This document shows, one piece after another, positions 13,653 through 25,970 of a DNA stretch of 64,000 bases; the stretch's first letter is position 1; each line of letters starts with the position of its first letter. Below the pieces are notes generated by a model, which worked only from the letters and a program-made list of their open reading frames with translations, was not told where the DNA came from and ran no database searches. The stretch lies in NCBI GenBank assembly GCA_030324005.1, contig JARDVH010000163.1:94163061-94227060 (forward strand), read 5' to 3'. This DNA comes from Negaprion brevirostris. Lineage: Eukaryota. Position numbers and translations under genes: made by a program.

Positions 13653-14774
13653 GTGTTTCTGATAAAGTTACGGGCATTCAAAACCTGTGCACATGAAGGC
13701 CCACCTTCTTAACCTTGAGATGCGGTGATCCTCAGATTAAATCGCCATCAGTCACAGCCTGTGGTCATCTGGGACTATAGCGACTTTGACTTTTCTTCCT
13801 GATCTGGTAGGTAACCTGACCTTTGTGGCCCGAGCTCACATCTGGCCTATCTTAACTTAGGTGCTTGAGAAAAGCTTGAAGTAAATAAAAAATTTCTGGG
13901 ACAGCAGCTTTTTCCCTCATTAACACACCACCTCCAAACATCTCACATTTCAGAGGTAACTGGATCTTTTGCTAGTAGCCACTTCTATTGGAATCTACTG
14001 TGCATTTTAGAATAGATGTAATTCTGACTGGCTTTACAAATTCTGATCCAATGCACTCCACATCTGCACCAAAAAACGTCTGTATTTTGAGGCAGTAGTT
14101 CATTTTACATAATAGAAGTATGGAAATAATTTACAATTTACTGTGCCTAGGTCAGAACAAGATTTTATTTCAACAGCAAAGTATCAGTTTTACATTTATT
14201 CTCATATTGGAACTGCTGACAAAAGCAATGTTACTGAGATTTTATTGACTTTAAATACTTCATCTTTTTGCTTAATTTTGCCAAGTACTGAACTGAAATA
14301 TAGATCACTTCCAACTGGATCCTGTGTTCTTCTCAGAAAAAAAATGATGTTTAGCCTTCTATCAATCTTACTTTAATAACATAACTAAAGTTTTTCACAA
14401 AATTCACAATTGATTAACTTGAACAAATGGGGTTAAATTTTGCAATAAATTGAGGTCAGAAAGGAGGTAATGTGCAGTTAGTTTGATTTTTTTCCTTTTA
14501 TTTTGTACATGGTAGGTATATGCTATCCATTTGCTCAGGGTGATTGAATTACAGCCATGTCCATAAGTAAAGCACAAGAATAACTGAGGAAGGGTGCCCA
14601 CAACTGCACTTAGAGCTTTAGTTGCAGTCTTGTCAGGCATTGTGGTGCCTGACCAGATTTCACATGACACATGAACCTTTCCATGTTTAGCTGAATAGTG
14701 TTCAATTCCATTATAAATGAAGACAAGTCCAGGGGCAAGCATCCTATCAGTGGGGTAGATCATGTTTTGCCACT

Positions 14775-15745
14775 GTGAAAAATGTTATTGTAAAGAAATT
14801 TATAAAATTAGGGGCTATATCTTTCATTTAAGGTATAATAAAAGGGATTGTGTGAGCTGTGCTGATATCTGCCTGACAGGAGACCAAGGTGAGTGGGCTG
14901 TTAAAGATTAGAGGAAGGTCCAGCTTGTTTTTCTGGGAAGAAGGTGTAAGGCACTCACACTTCAAGACAATGGTACCAGCATTTGAATTTACGATGGTAA
15001 GACTTCTGGTTTCCCAAGTTCCAGGAAGGTAGTGAGATGGTCACGTTGTAAATTGTCCATTTGATTCCAACATAGGATAGAGTTGGAGACTAATGGGTAG
15101 CGAATCAACATTTCTAGCTGGATACAAGCCCATGTGCTTCTTGTTGACATGAAAACGGGGGTTGAAAGGGGAACGGTTTCTTAAGATATCCCTGGAAACT
15201 CATAAACAAGTTGGTCTGCCTGGATCTGAGAGAGCGAGAGCAGCCAGAGGTTGAAAGCCTCTATGGTTCACCACACAGGAATACAGCTGAAAGCATGTAC
15301 TCAAAACTACCAAATTCGTAAGGAGCTAAAACAAGGCTGGAAGATTGGACTAGAGGAAGAATCACTGGGGTAAAAGCCTCACTGTGAAAGACAGTTCTGA
15401 GATTAAAAGTTACCAGGCTAAGAAAGCAACAGAACAGAAGTAAGAATCGTGAGATAAGTATAACGTTGGACTGGGGGTTCAGCAAGACTTGAATATCCAC
15501 CTAAAGGACAGTGTAAAGTATGTCTGTGAAGTGTGCTTTTGGTAGTACTGTAAGAAAAAAATGAAGTGTCCTGTTTTATGGTGTAAAACACAAGTTGTCT
15601 ACAAAAATAATGTTTAATCAGTAATACTTTTAGACTGTTTGTTATTATTTATGTCTTAAAACGTGAAATCTTGTGTCATCCTTTCAGCTTTAACTGGAAG
15701 TTCAAATTTATTTATTGATTAACCGTTTCTACATGGATTGTAATG
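14775..15745. mobile_element. possible decayed solo LTR
   Basis: About 1 kb purine-rich block beginning near TGT and ending in an AT-rich U5-like stretch; termini not clearly TG..CA and no TSD found. Confidence 0.25.
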
Positions 15746-16820
15746 AAAGGGGCGACTTTCCTCAGACTCTTAGAAATGTAATCTTCGAGGAAACGTTGGT
15801 TTAGAAAAAAGTTGTGGACTGAATCAAAAAACATACAAGTTTCTGCCCCATATTCCACCCTGCATCCATCAGCATCAGCTCTGGGCTTTGGAGTTGCGGC
15901 AATCTGTTAAGGAGATAAATAATCTGATTTGGCACAACGCTCCTACTCTCCTCTTTAATTTGCCTTACACAAGGAAAATTATAATTAAATCATTCAGAGT
16001 AAAACCCTTGAGTGTCTGGGAGGAAAACGTTTTTATGGACACTGCTGGTAAAGACCAACATCCATATTGCGCTACGAAGATATTTATCCACCAGTATTAT
16101 TAAAAGCAAGGAGGGGGAGGGAATAACATTTCTGCATCATTTGTACAGCAAATGGAATTGTGCAGTTCAAAACCTGTAAAACTAAATAATAAACGTGGCT
16201 GGTTGCTATCTACAAAGCAACAGGAGAGCAAAGCAAATGATATTAAATTGTACAATTTGTTTTTTCTCCCCCCAAAAAACCAAGCACAATAATTTATTTT
16301 ATGATAATCATTATTTTGGTTGTAGAGGAGGAAAAAACATTGTAAAGTTATTCATATCAGTTCTATCAAGCATAGCAGAATGTCACTGGGCACTGGTGGG
16401 TGATTTTTACTGCATATTACTGTTGACTGAATAAAGCTGTTGCTTGATCACAACAGCTGTTGAAATAAGAATAGAGAATAGGAAAATAGTACACATTGAA
16501 TATTGCTAGTAGGAGCATTGAAAATATAATATGGCAGAAGAGATAAAATAATGTAATATTAAAACTGATCTTTTACATATTTTACCTCAGAGGTCAGATA
16601 CTGCCTTTTACAATGCATGTCTTGAATACCCATGAGTGTTTAAGCTGATTAAAATTTAGTGCGTACACATTGCGCTCAACATAGATTAATTCTGCACAGC
16701 TTTTCTGACATTTTTACATTTAATTCCATACTCCTGTTCTGCATAGTCTAGATAGATTTCTGCTAATGCTTTTTTTTCCTGTTTGAATGTTTTTAATAGC
16801 AGCATGTTTGATGTGAATAA

Positions 16821-17290
16821 ACAACAACAACTTGCCTTTATGTAGCACAGCAAACATAATAGAATGAGACAACATTACATGATACTGGGGTACATAAGTA
16901 GATGTTAAGACAGATGATGAAAGTCTTGGCCTACGGAGCAGACTTTAAGAAATGCCTTCAAGCAAGATAGAGAGGTGGAGAAACGAAGGGATGAAGATCC
17001 AGAGCACAGGGCTTAGGCAACTGAAGGCATGGCCATCAATGACAGAGCAGTTATATTCAAGGATCCTCAGGAGGCTGGAATTAGATGAGTGCAAATGTCT
17101 TGGAGGATAATGGGGATGGAGGAGATTAGAAATAGGGACGGGTGAGGCCATAGAGGGATTTGAAAAAACAGATGAAAATTTTAAAATCAAGACATTGCTC
17201 AACCGGGAGCCACTAAAGATCAGCGAGTGCAGGGGTGATAGGTGATTAGGACTCAGTGTGAGTTAAAACCTGAACAGCAAAGTTTTTGTT
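16821..17290 (-). mobile_element. L2-like LINE 3' end
   Basis: Starts at a (CAA)n tail acaacaacaacttgcctttatgtagcac; reverse translation includes RHLHSSNSSLL..GHAFSCLSPVLW, typical of an L2 ORF2 C-terminus. Confidence 0.7.
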
Positions 17291-18449
17291 GATCCCCATC
17301 CTTCTCATTAGATGCTGGAATGAGAAAGATTAGTGTAAAAATCATAGAATTATATTATATAGAAGGAGGCCAAACATATGCTGAGCCTTTGAAATAGCTA
17401 TCAATTAAGCCCAATCCCCTGAACCTTCCCATAAATATTTTCCCTTTGAGTCTTTAATCCAATTCATTAAAGATCATTTTCTTCAAATAATTCTAAATGA
17501 TATTCCTATTTATACTGATTTCATGGAGTAAACAAAATATTACAATGTGAACTTAATATCTGTCTGCTTGTTGGTCTGTTTACTAAATCACAATATGTGT
17601 TCTTAATATGTAATTGTCATTTTAGAAATTATTCTTTTGAAAAAGTATGGTTGAACACTTCTGTGAATGCTTCAGCAATTTTTGACTGCACTGCAGTTAT
17701 GACTTGTTATGCAATATATCTAAAAGTAATTATACATTTTGTAGAAAAGCTGTTACAACACCTTCAATTAAATACTTGTGGTACAGCTTTATCTGCATCT
17801 AAAGTAAATTTTATTTTGGTGATAGTATGTCATTTCAGTTGGCAAATTAAAATGCATTTGCCGGGGTTGAAGTCTAGTGGTTTTGGTGTGTCTTTGACCT
17901 AGCTGAAAATATGAAATATGTTCCTGAGACCCCAATGGCCAGTTCAAACTCTCAAAGAGATCTGATAGCACAGGTGGTGCTAATATAGGACAGACCCCTA
18001 GGCACTTGTAGTCCAGAGTTGTACAGATTGTAAGCTGCCTGAGTCCATATGGCAATATGTCCCACTCTGCAAAAGGCATTGGAGTTGTGCCTGCAGGTGG
18101 AATGGTCAGTGTAGTATATGCAAAGGACAATCTTTAACCGTTACCACACCGGCAGAACAAAGGGGAAATGTATTTCTAATCTACTCAGCTATATTTATTT
18201 TAATATGTATTTTGTTTTGTGTGATTGGATACCAGCACCTCTAATTTGCCTTCTGCTCAGCTAGCGAATCTATAATTTATGATGTAAAGATTCATAACTT
18301 TGGTTGTCTTTTGAGAATGCAAGGTTGCAAGTGAAGTCTGATGCTGAAATAATGAGTGAGACTTAATGTTCTTAATGTGGGTCCAACCCCTATTAGTTGG
18401 AAAATCAGTGAGAAGCCTTGTCACGTCTGAAGGGGAATCCTGATAGGAT

Positions 18450-18665
18450 TAACAAAGAACAATATAGCACAGGAACAGGCCCTTCGGCCCTCCAAGCCTG
18501 CACTGATCATGTGTTCCTAAGTAGACCATCCGTTTGTATCCCTCTATTCCCAGTCTGTTCATGTGGCTATCTAAATAAGTCTTAAATGATCTTAGCGTGT
18601 CTGCCTCAACCACCTTGCTTGGTAGTGCATTCCAGGCCCCCACCACCCTCTGTGTAAAATACATC
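18450..18665 (-). mobile_element. 5'-truncated CR1 LINE
   Basis: Minus ORF FTQRVVGAWNALPSKVVEADTLRSFKTYLDSHMN matches a CR1 ORF2 C-terminus, followed by a CR1 3' UTR. Confidence 0.88.
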
Positions 18666-19299
18666 ATTGGATTCCTGGACGAGAAGAAAAAAATTTTGTT
18701 CCCTTCACCAATTTCACCCCAACCACATGCTTAGTTTATTGTTCATCCCTCCCTCCCTCCATCCTGCTACTGTCTTGACAGCAGAACATCAGTTTCAGCT
18801 GCCATACTGTCGTTAACAAATTCTCCAAAACTCTGCTCTTAACCATTTCTTCATCCATCTGTAAATGTCTCTCAGGCAGACACCATTTGGCAACATGTGT
18901 TTATGTATAAAAGCATCCCAAGGTGCTTCAGAGGTGCATGGGGAAAATGGGTAAATGTTGCTCAAGGCTGGGTAGTAAGGAGAGCTTGAGGAGAGGAAAC
19001 TGAAGGGTTTGAGGAGGGAATTCAGGAGTGTGAAACTCAGGCAATTGAAAACTAAGATTTCTGTCACGCCTTTTATCTCTTCCGTCATGTTTTGGCATTC
19101 ATTTCTTTCTTTATTGCTCTGTGATGAAAAACTTTGAGATAGTTTTTTTATATTGAAAATACTACTTAAATGTAATTTGTCCCTGCCATTGTAATATAAC
19201 AGCTCTTATCGAAATCACCAATGATATTCAGTGTTGAAAGTAATCTATGCATTCTTGTCCTCCTTGACTTCAACCTTTCATCCACCATCCTCTTACAGC

Positions 19300-21280
19300 A
19301 TCTCTGCATGGTTGTCTCAACTGGGTGGCACTGCACTTAACTGGTTAAGTGCTTATTTTCCCTCTCCCACACCATTGTTCTGGCCTTCTCCAAGGATCGA
19401 TTCTTGGTCACTTTCCTATTTCTCATGTTGTTCTTTGGCTATATCATCAAAAATAGTGAGGGTTCCACACGTACACTGAGGCCAGCTCTGCCTCATCCCC
19501 ACCTCTTAGCAAGTCATCCACTCAGCATCTCTGAACTATCAGACAGCTTATCTGACCCCACTACCAAATGATAAGACAATTCCTTCCAACAAAAAATTGG
19601 GAAGACCAAAGCCTTTTTAAAGAAACTATTATTCACTCACAGGATACGAGCAATGCTGGCAAGGCCAGCATTCATTGCCCAACCCAAGTGCCCTTGAGAA
19701 GGGTATGGTGAGCAGCCATCTTTAAAACAACTTATAGGCTTGCTGGGCCATTGTAGACAATACTTATGAGTCATCCACATTAATGGGGCCTACAAGTATG
19801 AATGGGCCAGAACAGGTAGAAATGTAGAAAATAGGAGCAGGAATAGGCCAACAGCCTTTCAATCATACTCTGCATTTCAGTGTGATCATGGCTGATCCTC
19901 TATCACAACACCATGCTCCAGCAGTCTGCCTATACCCTTTGACATCTTTTAGAGTCTGTAAATTTATTGCCTTCTTAAGTATATTCAGTGATTTGGCCTC
20001 CACACCCTTCTATGATAGAGAATTCCACAGGTTGCCACAATCTGAATGAACAAGTTTCTCCTCATCTCAGTCGTGAGTGGCCTACCCTGTATCCTGATAC
20101 TCTGACCGCATTTTACAGCATTTGCCATATATTTGCTCACTTACTCCACTTGTCTAAATCACTTGAAGCCTCATAACATCCTCCTCACCACTTACATTAA
20201 TGGATACTAAGGAACCAAATTCTTTACAGCAATCCCGTGATGTTGTGGCTACCATAACTGGTGCTTTTTATTCTATTTTTATTAAACAGTAAATGCTACA
20301 AATTGCCTTCTACCCACTGACTCCCAACCCCATCTCTGGCAAGTGTCCGAGACTGAATCAGATTATTTGCTAGTTGGTGTCTTATTTTGTCCTGTGCTAA
20401 GCATCCAACTAAGTATTCACAGCATCAGTAAGACTATATCCATTATAATATAACTTGACTCTGCCACTGCTTCAACTTAATTAATGCTGAAAAACTCAAC
20501 TGCGCTTTGGTTACCTATAGATGTGACAATTTCAATACACTCCTGAGCACCTCGCACTTTCTACCCTCCACAACATTGATGTCACCTAAACCTCTGCTGC
20601 ATGGGCCCTAATTCACACTAAGTCTTGTTCACCCATTAAATCTGTGTTTGCTGACCTACGTTGACTTCCATCTGAGCAATATCTCAACTCTAATCCTTGT
20701 TTTCAGATCCATCCATTGCTTTTCCTCCAATATCTTGCAGCCCTGCAACCATCCAAGATATCTGCACAAGTTCTGTCCACTTTTCTTCAGATCCCCTGTT
20801 TGATTTGCTGCTTAATCAAAGGCTGTGCCTTCAACTACCAAAGGTGTAAGGTCTGGAATGACCTCACTAAAACTTCAGCAAATCTCTTTTGTTCTTTAAG
20901 ACATTACTTTCAAACCTACCTCTAACCAAGCTTTTGATCATCTATCCAAATATCTCCATGATGTGGAGATGCTGGCATTGGACTGAGTAAGCACAGTAAG
21001 AAGTCTTCTTACTGTGCTTACTCCAGTCCAATGCCGGCATCTCCACATCATGGCTATCATCAACATCGCAAACTGCCAGCTCCAAGTGGAGAGGGCTTCC
21101 AAGAAGATAGTGCATATTGACACAAATATCAAGTTTCTACAAGTATCTCCATACATGACACAATGTAAGATTTTGATTGATTGTGCTCCTGTGAAATGCT
21201 TTGAGATGTTCTATTACTTTAAATCATTTATATGATTTCTATGATTCTTAAAGACACTGCATAAACATGTGCTGTTGTTA
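19300..21280 (+). mobile_element. decayed L2-like LINE interrupted by nested insertions
   Basis: ORF2 remnants (GGTALNWLSAY), tail gctcctgtgaaatgctttgagatgttctattac...tgttgttattg; nested CR1-type pieces at about 19625-19720 and 19820-20200 and a Penelope hairpin at 20960-21143. Confidence 0.65.
20960..21143 (+). mobile_element. Penelope-like insertion: terminal hairpin plus ORF start, 9-bp TSD
   Basis: Near-perfect palindrome 20956-21053, then MAIINIANCQLQVERASKKIVHIDTNIKFLQ; direct repeat tatctccat at 20951-20959 and 21144-21152; shares terminal sequence with the elements at 28822 and 39890. Confidence 0.75.
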
Positions 21281-21529
21281 TTGTTTTTGATGGAACTGTT
21301 ACTTCGGGTTCAGAGGCTTGCATCTTGTCTTCTGATATGTTGTACTGGTCGGCTCAGTTTTACAGCCCCAACACATACTCAGAAAATTAGCCTTTTATGC
21401 TAGCTTTCATTTTAGAAATGCAGTTCAGATGCAAGGTCATCAAGATGTAGGCTTTTTACTGTGTGCTATTAAGCTTCTGATTTTAAAAATGGACCTGAAT
21501 TTCATAGGAGCTCTCTCTCCCATTTAGTT

Positions 21530-21820
21530 GTCAATCTTTGCACTCTCATCTCTGAATCAGAAGGCTGAGAGTTGAAACCACAGTCTTGAAACTAATTGAA
21601 GCAGGCATTTCAGCACAGTACTGAAGGAGTGGTGTACTGTTTGAGATGCCATCCTTCAAATGAAACATGGCCTTGTCTGACCTCTCAGGTGGAGTCAAAT
21701 GATATCATGGTTCTATTAAAAGCAGAAAAGTGGAGTTCTCCTACTGTCTTGACCAACGTATATTCCCTCAATAATTGCTAAAAAATAATGATCTTCTGAA
21801 GTCATAAAAGGTGCTATATA
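21530..21820 (+). mobile_element. Deu-domain SINE (SacSINE1-like)
   Basis: tRNA-like head then gtctgacctctcaggtggagtcaaatgatatcatgg...ggagttctcctactgtcttgaccaacgtatattccctcaa; tail aaggtgctatata. Confidence 0.7.
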
Positions 21821-23059
21821 GATGGAAATCTTTGGTTGGAATATTCTGTGCCCGGTTGAGTTGGGCAGGTCTGGTGATCACAGCGGAAAATATTGTGAGA
21901 TAGCCAGAGCTGTATTTCACATTGATATTAAAGCAGGAAGCAATTCCTGTCCCCCCGCCTCCCCCACCTGCATCAGTGGCAAACCATATTTCCTGTCATT
22001 CAATATCAGAAACCGCATTCAAATAAATTAGTGTGCCATTATTGGGCCCATATGCCAGAATCAGGGCCCTATGCCAAATAATGACTGAGTTATGTCAGAA
22101 CGGTATGAAATACAACTGGTCTGGTAAGGCATGTACTTGATGAGCAGTACTCCCAGAGGAGCTCGGAGGTGAGTGCAGTGCTCAGTGAGGAGGGGATGAT
22201 ATCAGGAACTGCCAGCTTGATGCCGGGGTGCACCTGATGAAGATTATTTCCTGGTGTATGCGCTGTGCTCTGGGTGGATCATTGATTCGCTTAGTTGATG
22301 GCAGGGTGAGTGGATCAGAAGCTGCCTACCAGTGACATATTGTGGAACCCCTGCCTGCCTGCCTTCAAAATCTCACACTCATTGTCGCTGGTGGCCTCAA
22401 TGCTGCTTATAGGAGAAAATCTTCCCTTTGGTTTTTGTGTTCCTTTTCTTTCACTGACAAGAGGCTGTCAGAACCCTGAAGAAGAGTTTAAAACGTTTCC
22501 GTTGGAACTCCACTGCAGTTATGGAGGGAGATCAGGAATTTCAGAATATAATTAGTCCTTAAGATGTTGGATAAGGTGGTTTCTTTGATAAAATTATCAA
22601 ATAGAGTAGGATTCTCAAAAATTGGCCGTGGAGGAGGCTACAAGTTCTAATGCTTTCTTTGTTGTACTGATAAATTCATTGGGAGCCTTTAATTAATGCT
22701 TGCACATCATAAGACAGAAATATGTGTGCAAATGTATTTTTGTTGGTACCTCAGCTGTTATTAAATCATATATTAAACTGATACGAAATTGTGAATTAGT
22801 TTATAAGGAACAAATTTCTAATTTTGGTACCCCTGTTTGAGAGGAAATGTTTTTCTTTGCTATTCTGTTTACAAACGAGAAACCTTTGGCCAATATCAAT
22901 TGCAGTAATAGGTGCAGATGACAGACCATATAATAGTGAGTGGGAGGAGGAAGAAGAAATATTCAGATAAATTAGAGAATTGAATGAAAAAACTTATGGG
23001 AGAACCTCAACAATATGGTATTAATTAGGAGTTGTAGCTAAAAGGGATGAGGAAATGGA

Positions 23060-23331
23060 GTTCACTCGAAGGGTGGTGAACCTCTGGAATTCTCTGCCCA
23101 TTGAAGTGGTGGAGGCTGCCTCGCTAAATATTTTTAAGACGCGGGTTGATGGGTTTTTNNNNNNNNNNNNNNNNNNNNNNNNNNNNNNNNNNNNNNNNNN
23201 NNNNNNNNNNNNNNNNNNNNNNNNNNNNNNNNNNNNNNNNNNNNNNNNNNNNNNNNNNATGATCTTATTGAATGGCGGGGCAGGCTCGAAGGGCTGGATG
23301 GCCTACTCCTGCTCCTATTTCTTATGTTCTT
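23060..23331 (+). mobile_element. 5'-truncated CR1 LINE spanning a gap
   Basis: FTRRVVNLWNSLPIEVVEAASLNIFKTRVDGF followed by a CR1 3' UTR. Confidence 0.88.
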
Positions 23332-23759
23332 AAGTAGGGCTCCTGTTGAACCCAACATGTAAAAGTCTTAACAAAGTAAGGTTCACTTTTGATCCAGTAA
23401 TGGAGCATGAACTGGGGCAGATAAGAGTGGTAAGAGAATATCTAGGCAATATAATATGCTTTAAGATGACGCTGGAGAAAGAAATGAATATGGCAATACC
23501 AGGTTAATGTTATGAAGAAAAGCTGATTTGAAGGGCCGAGAGTAGAACTTGAGAAAACAAAATAGGCGGCAATATTGGCAAACAATGGTATAGAACAACA
23601 GTGGGAAACATAGTATGGTGAAAAGCTGATCTGAAAGGCGATCTTACTGGCTGTTCACACCACACTCCCACTGCAGTGAGGTCAGAGAATTTGCCACCCA
23701 GCCAAATCTCCATTCACTGCAATGGGATGGGAAAATCCGGCCATGTTTTTCAACAAAGT

Positions 23760-25970
23760 CCAGTTAAAAGGAAAGAACAAGCTCAACCACACAGATGAAT
23801 AAAGACATTAGAGAACAATAGAAGATTAGGAAGGAGGAGTATATTAAGTACGTAGACAGTAGAAGAGTGCAGCGGAAGAGTGCAGGATAAGGGAGAATAT
23901 GAAAAGATGAGGAGAGATGTGAAAATAATACATGAGGAAGGCAAAGAGGAACCATAACATCAAATTATTAAGGGACATAAAAGAAAGTAGTAAAATAATT
24001 TACATGCACAATAATTAAGAAAGGGAAGACTCAAATGGTATAGAACCATTAGGGGATAAACAGGATATAGGACAGGTAATGATGGATAGATGGGAAAAAT
24101 ATTAATTAATTATTTTGTTTCTAATATTTACCAGATAGATTGAACAGGTCAATGTAACATTGCCTGAGTAAATGAGTAATGAGATAAGTGCATCTAAAAT
24201 AAAAAAAAAGGATATACTGAATAAATTTATTCCTCTCCAAAGAAGATAAAATCCTGAGATTGGACAGATTGCATCCACATAATTTAAAAGAAGCTAAGAA
24301 AGAGATAGCAGAGACATTGCTACACATGTTTAGTAATTTGATAGAAAAGGGTACAGTGCCAAAGGACTGGTGGATAGCAAATGTAATCCCTGCATTTAAG
24401 AAGGGGAATGAATCATGACCAGGGAATTATGGACCCAGTCAGCTTAAAATTGTTGGTAGGAAAAATAATGAAATTCCTACTAAAGGGGAATAGGAGAAAC
24501 AGCTACAAAATAAAAATATAAAAATGAATAGACTACTGGATTGATCAACCTTTATTGAAATTTTAGAGGAGGCAACGGAGAGAGTAAACAGTGGCAATGT
24601 AGTACAGGTAATTAATCTGGGCCGGGATCCTCCCAAAAAAATTTGACGTGTTGATTTCGCGTAAAAACTGGAGTAACTCCTGCTGTTTCTTTCCGTGGGA
24701 TTTTCAGAATGAATCTCCCACATTCTGTTCACTGTAAAGTGTCTTAGGGAGAGTCATGCTGAAAATCAGGGGACGGTGCCCAATTCCCACTGGAGAATGT
24801 GGCAGAATATCACCGAGTGGGCCACTGTGCACGCGCCAATCTGTCAAAGCGGAGATCGTCGTATATGCAGTTGTCGAGCACTGCCGGGCATTCAGTCGCT
24901 GGCAGTATCACCACCCCCAGCTTTTCAGAAGGTTTTTGAGAAGCTGCATTTTGAATGATGAATAAAATTAGTGAATGTGGAGTCAGGGGACAAATGACAG
25001 AATGGATTCCTAGCTGGCTTCAAGGTAGAAAGCAGAGAGTGAGAGTAAAATATTGTTACTCATGTGGCAGAGATTGAGAAGTGGTATTCCACAAGATCAG
25101 TGTTGGGACCACTGTATTCTCAATTTGCATCAACAATTGGAACTTTGGAATCAAAAACATCTTCTAAACTTGAAGTTGACACCAAATTGAAGAGGATAGT
25201 CAATGCTGAGGAGGACTGCAATAAAGTACAGGAGGACAGTGATAGACTCACAGAATGGGAAAATAATTGACAAATGAACTACACCACAGTTAAATCTGAG
25301 ATAGTACAATTTGGTAGGAAGAATATGGGAGTTCCTCATTACTTGGAAGGCGCAAGTCTAGATGGGATAAAGAAATAAAGGGATCTTGGAACCAATCATT
25401 AAAAGTTGCACCACAGGTTAGCAAGATCCTAAAATAAAGCAAATCAAGCATTAGGCTTTATTTTCAGAAAGATTAGAATGGAAAAGTAGAGAAGTTTTGA
25501 ACCTTGGTTAAACAGCTTAAGAGACTGTGTGCTCTTCTGTTTGCTATATCATGATAAGGGTATCGAGATACTGGAAAGAGTGTGAAGAAGGTTTGTAAGG
25601 ATGCTGTTCAAATGTGTGAATATATGTATCAGAAAAGGATCAATAGGTTGGATCATGTTTCTCTCGAAAAAAAGAAGGCTGAGGGAGATCTTGCAAAGTT
25701 TCTTAAAATTACGAAAGATTTTGATAGAGCAGGTACAGAACAAATATTTCCATTTATAGGGAAGAGTAACTAGAGACCATCAATATAAGAGAGTCATCAA
25801 GAATTTCAATAGAGTGGCAAAAATATGAGCCTCACTACCACAGGGAATTGTAGAAGTGAATAATATAGATGCATTTAAGGGAAGACTAGGGAAACATTTG
25901 AGGGAGAAGAATTGCAATAGTAGATTTGCTTAAGGAAAGATGGGAGGAAGCATAAATGTCGCATGGACTC
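23760..25970 (+). mobile_element. long decayed CR1 ORF2 (reverse transcriptase) pseudogene
   Basis: Frameshifted remnants VPKDWWIANVIPAFKKG, FQKVFEK, PQ.SVLGPL, DTKL, IDAFKGRL; interrupted at about 24620-24921. Confidence 0.85.
24620..24921. mobile_element. MITE-like element inserted into the CR1
   Basis: GC-rich block whose start (gatcctcccaaaaaaatttgacgtgttga...tgaatctcccaca) is the reverse complement of the end of 35016-35590. Confidence 0.65.
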
